A stretch of DNA of 61,622 nucleotides, counting the filler, from Sphacelaria rigidula (lineage: Eukaryota): assembly GCA_964200075.2 (NCBI GenBank). It is 4 parts of 4 records of this genome, joined end to end, with 100 filler letters (N's around TTAATTAATTAA, not from the genome) between each part and the next. Parts side by side here need not be neighbours in the genome. Positions count along the whole stretch, not along the records: positions 1 to 15,334 come from CAXNAA020001792.1; 3 more parts are not named here. One strand, written 5' to 3'. Below are positions 1-10,754 of the stretch, piece by piece. Position 1 is the first letter of the stretch, and each line of letters starts with the position of its first letter. Both the position numbers and the translations under genes were made by a program. The notes under the pieces were generated by a model. It was not told the DNA's origin. It made no database searches and saw only the letters and a program-made list of their open reading frames with translations.

Positions 1-106
1 GGCGTACTCTCTCATATTTTTATAACTCGTGTGTTGGATGAGAGAAGGGGCTCCTAACAATTATAATCTCAGAAATTATTTCTCTACCCCTACCGTAGCA
101 ACACTC
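1..106. mobile_element. Right part of a MITE (family of 11317-11572), truncated by the contig start
   Basis: Similar to 11468-11572 and 15435-15476; ends CCCCTACCGTAGCAACACTC. Confidence 0.75.
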
Positions 107-180
107 TACAGACGTTGCACAAGGTCTGTAACGTCCAAATTTGAGGTTACAGGTACCCCAGTGGCCACCCGTGTGGCCTC
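107..180. mobile_element. Right arm of a fold-back MITE (family of 10217-10342)
   Basis: GTCTGTAACGTCCAAATTTGAGGTTACAGGTACCCCAGTGGCCACCCGTG nearly identical to 10285-10334. Confidence 0.8.
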
Positions 181-559
181 TAGAACTGACCCTTGAAAAG
201 GGCAGGAGACAGAAAGAGGGACAGGGGACTGGGGATGCCACCCAGAATTTCATTCAATAGACCAGATGCTCACGTTCGTTTTTACACTAGATTGTAAATT
301 TGTCGCGGTTGAACACGCGAAGCAAGGTCCAGATCATGTTCCAAACGTTCAGCAGAAGCAACATGGCTATGCCCAACGAAACTTGTCAGCGAGTTCTAGT
401 TGAACATCAGAAGGTTGAATTCGATGTTTCCTCGGTGCTCTTCACAGGTTTTGAGGGTCGAATATATACTTTTCGCCTCCGTCCGGGTGATGATAACTAA
501 GCACGAGGAAGTTCGTTCATCGTCTCTTCTGTTCCTTTCGGAACAACGTCGAACCCCCG

Positions 560-1210
560 ATGCATTTTTCTCATGGAAAGGTTGTGACGAAGGCAATTTT
601 TGCCAATTTCATGAGGAACTTATGTTGAAGCTTCAACCTGATAGAGGATCCGGCGTTCAACGTGGAGCTTCAAGGTCTTAAACTCCAACTTGAACTTGAA
701 CAGGGAAGCTCTAACGTGACCCCTGGACCTTCAAGCTGAGGCTCCAACTTTCAAGATGAGGCCTTAAGTTAAACGTTGAAGCTTCAAGTGAAGGATTCAG
801 CTTATTGGTCGGCCTAAATCTGAAACTTCGCTTCGAAGGTAGGGGCTGCAGCTGGAACACTCAACTTGGAGCTTTATCTTTAAGTTAGACCTTCGTCTCG
901 AACATTCAAGTAAGATACCGTAAATATTGAAACTAACGTCGTATTTTTTACTTGGACCATCACTAGGACTTACTTCTAAGTTGAAGTTTTAGACGTTCAA
1001 ACCTATTTTCGAGCCTTCTGCTGTATTTGAATGAAGATCGAGCGTTCAAGTTGAAGGCCGGGCGTTCTGCTCAAATGATTCAAGTCCAAAGCTTGAACGT
1101 TCGAGTTGAACGTAGAACTTTCTACGTTAAGTTTAAGGTTGGAGTTTTGATCCGAGGTAGGGCCAGGGTTCAACGTCGACTTCAAGTTCGACGTTGAGAT
1201 TATTTTAATG
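560..1210. repeat. Degenerate TTCAA/TTGAA-rich repeat tract
   Basis: Many CTTCAAG/GTTGAA/TTCAAC motifs in both orientations; no credible ORF. Confidence 0.5.
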
Positions 1211-2518
1211 CGAGGTCCAATTTTGGAAGGAGTCGCGCTGCGGTAGGGGTGCACATTTTTTTCTGGGCCGGCGTACTGGAGGTAGATGGAGAATGTCGCG
1301 CACGCGCACAAGTGCCATTAGGGCAAAGTTGTCTGAAAGTGAGGTGATTCTCTCGCAGGCAAACATAAAAATTGTGGAAAGCGCCATTGCTTTGTTTCAC
1401 AACGTGAAAATACTCCAGACAGATCGTGGTAAAACAATTGCATCCGTCCCGTAGCACGGCTCTAAGGTCGATGCTCAAGTGTGATTTCAACTTAAACCTC
1501 TTTCGTCAAAATTCGTGTGAGTGACCTTTACGTAGAGCTTTCACGACCTACCTCGAACGATCAGAGTGCTTCAGTGTGGGGTAGCACGCGATACGCGCGG
1601 TACGTAGCACTGCTGGGCCCCGGTGTAACACATCCACACGTCGGATAGATCATGGTCTGTCTAAAAAAATAGTCAAAGGCTCCCGACTGCGTTTGTCCAA
1701 AAACAAAAAATATATGACCGCTGAGTCAGAAAAGTCAAAGCGCAACCTTTGCGCTACTCGGCATGCTCGGCGTCCGCTGCTGTGAGGAACAAACATGGAA
1801 AAGGAGGGCAGAATAATCCGGATCATGATTCGGATCAGTATATACTGAGAAGAAGTACTTTTTAGACAGATCATGATCTGTCCGACGCGTGAAGATGTCA
1901 CACACACACGTTCGGATCCAAGACATACACTGAATTTGGCCTGGACCCACGTTCATTGAATGAGCAGTGGTGGCACAAGGAAGTATGCTAACATTTCGAA
2001 GACGTGGACGTGATGCTTGAAAGGTGACTCGCATGGCTGCACTAGTTCGGTGATAACTACGGTATGATGTTCGACATTTTTGGATTAAGAAAGCAGAAAC
2101 GTTTGGGAATGTGGTTGTGTGTGCCACACTTGGGGGATAATGTCCCAGCGTGCTTGTTATGCATGGCTACCATGTACCAAATTGTGGCTTGTGTACCGCC
2201 GTGGTCATCCGTCCACTGGAGATCATGTTATGCACCTCTCAGTCGGGGTGTGTGTTTTCTCGAGGGTAAATATTGTATAGCTTGTTTTTTGCCGGGGAAA
2301 GGCATCAAGGGTGGTTAGGATAGGATGGGGTACAAGGTCGGGTCTTTTGGCGTGTCGATACCCCAGGTACTCAGGTACATGTGTCTGACGATACCCTGGG
2401 GTCTGTGGCACATTGAGCATTTTCAATAGTCCATACCGTGGGCAGGTAGCCTGGAATATTGAGTACTTTGGTCAGTCGATATCCTGGGTATCCGGGAAAT
2501 TCAGTACACGTACATAAG

Positions 2519-2636
2519 CCCTTTTGGAACCCGTCGACGATTTTTGGTTTTGTGAATCGACATCACTTTGACTTGAAAATGACTGAAAATGATGCTGGTT
2601 CACAAAAACAATAATCGTTACCGGCTTCCAAAAGGG
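2519..2636. mobile_element. piggyBac-like MITE
   Basis: TIR CCCTTTTGGAA/TTCCAAAAGGG, right flank TTAA; internal ACTTGAAAATGACTGAAAATG shared with 18720-18877. Confidence 0.6.
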
Positions 2637-3284
2637 TTAACCCCGAGTGCGGTATGAATGTGGCGCCATGAGGTATATTATCATTCGTCATTGTCCATGG
2701 GCATACATACCAGAAATTTGACTGACGGGGGAAATGAAAGTATTGCCAAAATAATATATACATGTCAACGTGATATCGATCTTTCGGTGAATTTGCTGGG
2801 CAGGTATTTGGATGCCGTCGCTGTTTAAGACACGTGGGATGACGCACGGCATGGTGGTGGTCGTTGTTGCATTGGAGATAGATGCGTGGACGATATGTTG
2901 AGTATGGATGATCATGAGAACTTCAAGTTTGACAGAATTCTGCCATGATTGATGACCATCTTTGGTCACGAGTGGCGTGCTGAGTTGAAGTATGACTGCT
3001 GCTGTATGGAACCTTAGACCTTCGTCAATGAGCGAACCCACCCAGCGCACGTGCTCATGCGACCGTCTTCAACAAACAAAGCAACCGTAAAGTAGAACGG
3101 GTGGGTGATTATCCGTCTTCGGGGAGTACCATATTGTTGTTTTGTTTTGCGCCTGTCCTGATCGACGTGGGTTTGAGTTGTTGAAAGCAAGCGCGCGCAC
3201 GAGTTCAGGTCGCTTGCTATTTGATCCAAAGTACTACGGTCAAGTTGTACCAACGCTTGGTTGGGAAACCCCTGTTTTATATAT

Positions 3285-3630
3285 CTAGTACCGCGCCGGG
3301 TATTTCAGAGGGCGGGTACCCGAGGTACCCCATTCTATTCATGACTTGTGGCAATGCGCGCCCTGGATACCCCCAATACTGAGTATTTCGGCTAACAATA
3401 ACCCGGTTACCCGAGAATACTCAGTATTTCTAGCTTCTATACCCCAGGTATACCCTATAACACTCAGTATTTTGAGTAGTCGGTACCCTGAATACCCTGG
3501 AAACTCAGTAAATTCCGCAGGCAGAATCCTAGATGCCCGCATTGCAGTGCATGTACTGAGTATTGCGAGTAACATATCGGGTATTTCGGTCGGTGAATAT
3601 TCGAGGTACCCAGAGGTATTTCGTGCTTTC
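3285..3630. repeat. Degenerate GGTACCC/TACTCAGTA repeat array
   Basis: Repeated GGGTACCC, CCCTGGATAC and TACTGAGTA motifs; related tracts at 2345-2515, 4035-4625 and 19225-19790. Confidence 0.6.
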
Positions 3631-4034
3631 TGCAGAACCGAGCAGGTTTGTGGTGGTGAAAGAGGGGGGGGGGGGGGGGGGCAGGTTGAGTGTGTGGAAC
3701 CCTGTGTGCATACTTGAAAATATTTCACGGTAAGTCTTGTTGCGCATTCGTTGACGTCAGGTATAGCAGCGCCGTTTCAACCACGTTCAAGCACTCTGTA
3801 CATTCTGCGCGTGTCTATATATCCGGAGTTAGGGTGAATCTCATGGAGAATCCATCTTCCATACAGCTCAACGTAGTTTTCGGAACGTTAAGCGGCCAAA
3901 GATATGAAATTCAGAATTCACCCAGAAGACTCTCTACCGTTGTCTATGTTTATTGACAACACAATCAAGCAACCTGCTATTGTGCAGGCAACAAGATCGC
4001 GAACACCGGAATGCTACCGGGCTGTCTAGGTTGT

Positions 4035-4625
4035 TGTCCAGTACTGGGGGGTGTACCCTGGAATATCAAGTATTTTGGAATCTCGATACACTGTGTTCGT
4101 AGGCTATTGCGTATGTCAGGCACCCGTACCCTGGAAACCTGGAATCCTGAGTATGTTTTCGACAGGCAGTACCCTATGTACCCGAAAACACTTATTACGT
4201 TGAGCAGGTTGTACCCGGGGTACCTGGGATACTCAGTACATATGCTCAGTATTTCGGGCAAAATGCCGGGAATATCGGGGAGTGGTTACGTCAGGTACTC
4301 TGGAATACTGTGTATTTTCGACAATCGGTACCCTGGATACCCAAACTTCTCAAAACGTGTACTCCGTACTTCGGGTACCACTCCGGGTATTTCTGGGGGC
4401 GAGTATCCGAAATACCCTTTGATACAGAGTAAGTCGACAGCCATTACCATGGGTACCCTCAAATACTGTATAGTTCGAGTGTCGATACCCTGAGCACTCT
4501 CGTGCTGAGTGTTTTCGCCGTACTTTGGGTAACTTGGAATACTGTGTGACCCGGTAGTCGGCAGCCGTGAGTGCCCCGAGGTACTGAATGTTCCAAATAC
4601 CCTGAAAAATCTCCAACTTTGAAAA
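4035..4625. repeat. Degenerate GGTACCC/TACTCAGTA repeat array
   Basis: Same motif family as 3285-3630; gives spurious YPGY-rich ORFs on both strands. Confidence 0.6.
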
Positions 4626-4964
4626 CCATGAGATGCACAAAACACGACACCACTACTAGTTGAAGTACAGCAGTAGTATGTACAGTATGGCAGTGCTACT
4701 TATGCACAATATGCTTGATATGCCACCATACACTTAATGTGGGTACCCTACACTTGAACCTCATGGATATAGGCTCTGTTCTGTATATATATCTATCTAT
4801 ATATGTATGGATACGGCATATAGCACCACCTGCCGTAGCATCTCTTCTTGGTCTCTCTCTGGCGATAAGAAGCGAGTTCCTTCCGAGACGTTAGTGAAAA
4901 GTGGCGCAATGTAGCAGTACCCGCTGGTCAACTATCCAAACAAAGATGAAGCCGCTGAAGATCA

Positions 4965-5230
4965 TCAGTCATCTTCGTCTCCTTCTCCCTCGGGGGGGTT
5001 GGGATCAACCAACAAATCTGCTTGCTCCGCCAGTCCCTCTTCATCCTCTTCGGGTACCCATTCCGCCTGCAATGGTGGCGGCAAGGGGGGCTGGTAAGGC
5101 CCCTCTGGTCCGAACTTGACCCCATCCCCAGAGTACACGTTGGTGAAGCGTTTTCCGAATGCCACAGCTATCGCTCCCGGCCATCGAAGGGATTTGGCCA
5201 CGACCATTGCGTTCGCAGATTGTCCCGAGC
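4965..5230 (-). CDS. RSPH4A: Radial spoke head protein 4/6 family, terminal exon
   Basis: Encodes (G)SGQSANAMVVAKSLRWPGAIAVAFGKRFTNVYSGDGVKFGPEGPYQPPLPPPLQAEW...DEDD*, matching the RSPH4/6 C-terminal S-x-x-WPGA...F-x-N-x-Y-x-G-x-G-x-K...PP-x-PPP motif; CAG acceptor at 5233-5231; phase 1. Confidence 0.9.
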
Positions 5231-5348
5231 CTGAGCGTGGAATGTATTTGTTTCCGAACATGATACACGGACGAATAGTAAAGGTGTTCTCAGGTACATC
5301 AGATGCCATTTCGTGAGTAGACTGTTCTACGCCTGGATATGAAGCAAC

Positions 5349-5399
5349 GTGTGTGTGTATGCGTGCGTGCGTGTGTGTGTGTGTGTGTGGTGTGTGTGT
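5349..5399. repeat. (TG)n microsatellite, intronic
   Basis: Directly visible. Confidence 0.9.
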
Positions 5400-6551
5400 C
5401 CGTTTTCGATCGTGATCCATGGAACGGAGAGTGAAGGTGTGTCTATGTATGCACGTTGGGCGGATATGCTGGGGAAGAGACATTCATACAACGCGTACAT
5501 GTTTTCTACCGTGGTTGTGACGTTATTTATCGGGATATCTTCCTGCCGATTTCTATTCTCTTACTCCTGTTGATATCTCTGTCGAACGGCCGCAACCGAA
5601 CGATATGTTTTTCTTCGCCGTTTCGATGTTTGCCAATGCAGATGAAGAGGGGAAGTTGTAATCTGTATTCGATATCCTGCAGTTCCAGCGAAAACCTAAT
5701 CGGCACATATATCGCAGGAGGTGTCAGATTTGTTTTTTAACCGTTGAGCCAACTTGCCGCCTAATTTTTAGCACCAGTAAATCGGAGCACCATGCACTCT
5801 TTTCAAAGAGCCTCAAAGAAATCATGGCCAACCGTCCGGTTCGAAGATGGTCACATGAGATTCATGCCCGGTTGTACGATAGGCATGTGAGGGCTCGCTC
5901 GGTACGTGGAAAACTTGTTTTCACCGGTGCCCGTGCGAACACACACATCTGTACCTATCAGACAACTGTGAAGGTTTTTACCGCTTGATCGGCCGAGATG
6001 AGTGGTAAACCTCGCAACCCAATGGTCCATGTCGAGGAGGCCTGTTTCATTTCGAATGCACGTACGGTCTAGCGTGCTATCATGACGACAAGAAGTTTCA
6101 TGGCAGCGTTTCTCACCATGCCCTCCGGCATTGTTTTGAAACCAAACTTATGAGAACGACCATTCGGGGCGGTGGTGGCCATGTAGAGATTCCAAGCGCC
6201 ATAACGTTCCCCGAACCATGAAAATGAACGCTTTGGGCCCCAACTTTGTTTATGCAGGATTGTTAGTATGAACGAGGCGCGCCCAAGCTTTCACGCTTCT
6301 CGGAAAGATGTACTGGGCACGTACGCTGAATTAATTCGCATTATTAGTGAAAGCGAAGTGTAGATGCAAAAATTATCGCGCCACGCTGACGTCATGAGCA
6401 GTCAACAAGAGTTTCCGTGTTTCCGTTTCCGCTAGGAATGACTGACGCTGCACGAAATGATCTTCATTGCCAGTCCTCTTTCAAGCCCCGCTACCCTCAC
6501 CCCAACCCTTGTTCTATCCCAACCCTTTGCCCAACCCTGCGAGGAACTCGC

Positions 6552-6688
6552 CTGCCGGGCACGTTCGGAAGCCCCAAGAGTCGTCGACATCCTCGGCCAG
6601 CAAGCGAAGCGGAGGGACTTCTTCCGGTGGATCCTCCTCCTCGATGGGATTTCCGTCCTCGTCGAGCTTTTCAGGCATCGATCGGCAC
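6552..6688 (-). CDS. RSPH4A: RSPH4/6 family, penultimate exon (137 nt; GC donor)
   Basis: (R)CRSMPEKLDEDGNPIEEEDPPEEVPPLRLLAEDVDDSWGFRTCPA(G); AAG acceptor at 6691-6689; donor CAG|GCGAGT; phases 2 and 1 fit both neighbouring exons. Confidence 0.85.
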
Positions 6689-7315
6689 CTTTATCGCGTG
6701 AAGGGTTCGGTGTCTGGTTCGTGTTTGCTTCGGGAAAAAGCGCCGGTATGGGGGACCCAATCTAATGTAAATTATGATGATGAGGTACCCGGCCCCCCAT
6801 TAATATTATATACTATCTTGCTCGTGAAGACTGTACTACCTATCCCGTCTGTCGTTGCTTTGATGCTGCCTCGTAGTAGGAGATACCGACAGAGTCTGTG
6901 ACCTGGTGTCATTGTCCAACCAACCGCTCAGAGCTGTGATCACAGCTGGTTGAAGTATTGTTTGAGTCATTTTTCAGGAGCGAGATGAAGAATAGCGTGG
7001 GAAGTTCTCAGCATTAGCGGACGGATAATGCTTGAGGTTACGACCTGCCAATTTTCATTCTGCTCTATCAGACGGCAGCCGAGTTTGTGAAGTTCCTATG
7101 TTCTTTGTGCAACAGAAAGTAACGATGATTGGCCAACATCCACCACGCGCAGTAGGGAGCGATATAACAGTGCCTTTCGAGAGTCACTCGAAGGAGTAGA
7201 TGTTGAATGGACACAAATATCGGTGCGATAAAATGCTGCTATTTGGAGTGCGGAATGGGGCAATCGTACAACACAACGTAGTGCATAGAGCATAATTGCT
7301 ATGTAGGTAACGCAC

Positions 7316-7443
7316 CTCCCGAGGGTGTTGAGCTCGAACTCATGGTGCACCCACCCGTCCGGCGCCATGAGATCTTCGACGGCCTTGGGGAACGCTTCGT
7401 TGATTGCTTCGTCCTCTGCAACCTTGATGGCGACCGGTTCGGC
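7316..7443 (-). CDS. RSPH4A: RSPH4/6 family, internal exon (128 nt)
   Basis: AEPVAIKVAEDEAINEAFPKAVEDLMAPDGWVHHEFELNTLG(R) contains the conserved WVHH...GR motif; CAG acceptor, GTGCGT donor. Confidence 0.88.
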
Positions 7444-8433
7444 CTGAACGAACAACAACGTTGTATTCATTAAACACTCGCGATACGGCATTTGAAATTG
7501 TACATCTAGTTTCACATACTGTTTTTCGGGAGACTTTATAGCCCACATTTCGCGTGATGCTTCCTGTGTACATCGTTGGGTTTTGTCTTTGCTCTTTCGG
7601 CGCATAAGCGTGTAGATTCGACGGCCAAACAACGGCGTGAAACCCTTGCGATGATAAAAACAGCTGCTAGCATATGTGCAACTTCTCCCACCGAGCGGAA
7701 TCAGGGGAATCTCTAACATGAGAGTACATTGCGCGTAATGAGGCTATTTAACATGGAGACGGTGTCCATGTTTCATGGTTCTATTCGTGGAGAAGTCTAG
7801 CGGCAGAACGTTGCGGTACATATATTTCTTGCTCCATCCGAGGTGAGAAATATCTTACCCAGCTTTCTCTGGATAGATACATCATACTGGACAGTACCGT
7901 ATTGGTTCTGGTGAGATGTGCGAACCTCAAAGAGACGACGGCCTCCTTACTGTTGGTATTGAGTTCTAAGTACATCCATACATTGGACCGGATACACAAA
8001 AACTCGCACACCATTGACGATATATTCCCTTCCTCACCATGCTGTCTTGGGCATGAATGAAAGTATTGGTGATGGCGGAAAACCGACACCGTTTATATGA
8101 ACTGTGACGCCAGCCAGAGGAAGAACTGGTGGATCACTGCTGTTGAGGGACTCCCCAGTCTTACTGGCCTCAGTTTCAGTTGTCAGCCTTTACAACATCT
8201 CATTATCAGGAGTGCCCTTCCAGGCACCAACCTCCTAGACACGCAGGGTATCATCCCCGTGTCCCCAGTCATCATCCAGAATCTTCCCAAAATCCTCCAG
8301 AACCCCCGTGCCCTCAGTCATTATCCAGATCATCACTACCAACTCAACGTAACGGTGTATTTCGTCACAGAACACATTTCTGGTGTAAGAGGCCGCCAAT
8401 ATTCCTCTAACCGTTTTGTTTGAAATGGCTCAC

Positions 8434-8586
8434 CTCGTCGTCTACTTCGAAAAATCCCGACGGGCTAACGCACGTGCCGGCCGTGATGCGAGAAATCTGC
8501 GCGCGGAGTAGGTTGCGCTCGGTGCCGGGGAAAGGGGGATACCCCGGTACAGCGGCATCGAGGTCGCCCATGAAGTATCGCTTGAT
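8434..8586 (-). CDS. RSPH4A: RSPH4/6 family, internal exon (153 nt); upstream exons not in this contig
   Basis: [51 protein letters not shown] matches the family hallmark YPPFPG-x-E-x-N-x-LRAQI-x-RI-x-AGT-x-VSP-x-GF; TAG acceptor, GTGAG donor; not in the ORF track. Confidence 0.92.
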
Positions 8587-10216
8587 CTACCATCCGCCGA
8601 TCCATCCATCCATCCATCCAACGCGTTCATTTGTCCGGAGAACAAGAGACAGGGAGGCTTTGGATGATTTTCAAGAACTTGATTGCCGCAACCCTATTGT
8701 TCACGAGGCTGTTTCTTGGAAAGCGGTGGCAAGGTAATCATTAATCACTCATTCCTTGCTGCTTGCTGCTGCATGAGAAATCACGTTTGAATAATACTGT
8801 TCGTCGTGGAAAAGGGTGCCTTAACTGTACGTCCAGTCTTCAGAGTGTTTAGAGGAAATGCAAGCGTCTTTCGATAACCCGCTTTTTCGACTGCTTGGTT
8901 CAGTATGGAAGTGTAATAATTTGTGCCCGCATACGGCCCCTGCAGAATCAATGTGGCCTGTTTTTCGAGTACAACCCTTTTAGGGCCTGGGGTTCTCGTA
9001 TCACCGGGTCATTACGGTGTCCAGCTGTGTATTGGTTTTCATACTAAACCGGTAATAGTACCGACAGAGGGCGGGAGACCAAGCGAGCAACGGCCACGCT
9101 CTTGCAAATGTCTCGGTCTCATTGTCCCCGAAAGCGTACCCAGTAGCTGATTCCACCGCTCTTGACACTGTGTAGGTGTCAAGATCATATCACGCTCTTC
9201 ATGGCGGCAACAATGACTCTCATGAGTGCGAACTCTACATGCCTTTTTTTCGTGGTCTGATTATAGCATGGGATTGTATCGCTGAACCCTCAGCCTCTTC
9301 CAGGCGTGTTTTCCAGTCCCAAGCGGTGCAGCCATCAGCGACGAAATCACCAGCAAGCAGCGGAATATGTATGGGAAGCGGTGCTCATGGGACGACTGAG
9401 TGACGTTGCAATAGCAGAAATATACCACCCTTGCGTATACAGTATACCCTCTCTAGCAACGGCTGGCAACGGCATGCTTGGGGGGCACAAACTAGGTAAA
9501 ATTGTATTCGACTGGCAAATTTCTTCATGTATGTACCCTCACTGCTGGCTTGACTCGCTGCGCCTTCCGAAACACATGGACCTGGTGACGAAGAAATGGC
9601 CCGGGTTTCGACGCCAGTGATACGTGCACACGTGAGGTGGGCGGATACCAGCGATGGTGATCTGTTTGATGAGACGTGTTGTTCCAACTCACATATACGG
9701 GTTTTGATCAAATATATCGGGCAATGTGGCGAGGGATCAGTTTCTGATTAGCTTCGTTTCAGTGTCAGGTGTCAGTACGTTTACAGCTTGCTTGAAGGGT
9801 TAGACCCTAAATTCTGTAGCTTGACCTCACGCATCGACGATCGCCCGTGCGATCACTCCCGATGGACTCCCCTTGACCACCCGTTCTGCTACCCTCTATA
9901 TCTCATGTCGTATGACAACCCGTATGCGTTTTGGATGCGTGTAATGATGCACCTTGTGTGGCCGAACACTTCGCCTCATCTGTACTAAAGACCCTTATTA
10001 ACGGGTTTTATTTTTGTCATTTCAACCCACTTTCACAAATTTTATGATGGCATATGAATGGAAATATAGAGTCCATTAGAAACGGTCCTAAGCTATGCCG
10101 TAGCTGTATAAGATCTGTGCCTTATCTGTACTAAGCAGATCCAGGAGGGACGCAAGGTCATTGGTACAAAGTGACTTTAAAGATATTGTAGATCAGGATG
10201 GGTTTGTGCCCAAGCC

Positions 10217-10342
10217 CAAGGCTACACGGGTGGCCACTTGGGTACCTGTAACCTCAAATTTGGACGCTACAAACCTTATGCAACGTCTGTAACGTCCAAA
10301 TTTGAGGTTACAGGTACCCAAGTGGCCACCCGTGTAGCCTTG
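10217..10342. mobile_element. Fold-back (palindromic) MITE
   Basis: About 58-bp near-perfect inverted arms CAAGGCTACACGGGTGGCCACTTGGG.../...CCCAAGTGGCCACCCGTGTAGCCTTG around a short loop. Confidence 0.9.
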
Positions 10343-10364
10343 CGTATTTGGGAAACCTACGGTA

Positions 10365-10735
10365 GCGTGGGGTTGATTTTGACGGTACCTTTGCACCAAC
10401 CCCACCTAGTCTCATGCCGAGAGTACTCACTGCGTATGCATGTCAAAACAGCCTTGAGATGTACCATTTAGACGTGGAACAAGCCTTCATTCAGTCCCGC
10501 TTAGAGGACGTGATCTACGTGCACTTAGAGGAAGGATGTGGTGATTTCTCCGAACGTTACATCAGAGTATCAAAACCTTATATATGGGCTCAAGCAAGCC
10601 GGGCGTAAAACGCCAGACTTGTGATAGACTTCGAATCGTACGGGTTTAGCAGGGCTTGATCGAATTGTGTGTTTCAGGCTAGTGGAGGAGAGCTAGGTAA
10701 AAGCGCTACAGACTGTGCATGTGGATGGCCTCTTG
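10365..10735 (+). pseudogene. Ty1/copia reverse transcriptase (RVT_2) fragment
   Basis: GVDFDGTFAPT...EMYHLDVEQAFIQSRLEDVIYV...(Y)GLKQA...VHVDGLL, with frameshifts and stops. Confidence 0.85.
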
Positions 10736-10754
10736 TGGTATGCAACTATGAACT

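Noticed and set aside
3339-4653. YPGY/PEY-rich ORFs on both strands, and a CRISPR-like appearance
   Set aside because: Degenerate repeat translation; no constant repeat with unique spacers and no cas genes
5231-5483. N-terminal part of ORF 4965..5483 (HTHTH-rich)
   Set aside because: Intronic microsatellite read-through; homology starts at the 5230 acceptor
6494-6540. Interstitial telomeric repeat
   Set aside because: Units are CCCAACCCT-like and irregular, not tandem CCCTAA
7096-7719. 207-aa ORF as a standalone gene
   Set aside because: Only 7316-7443 is exon; the flanks are intron
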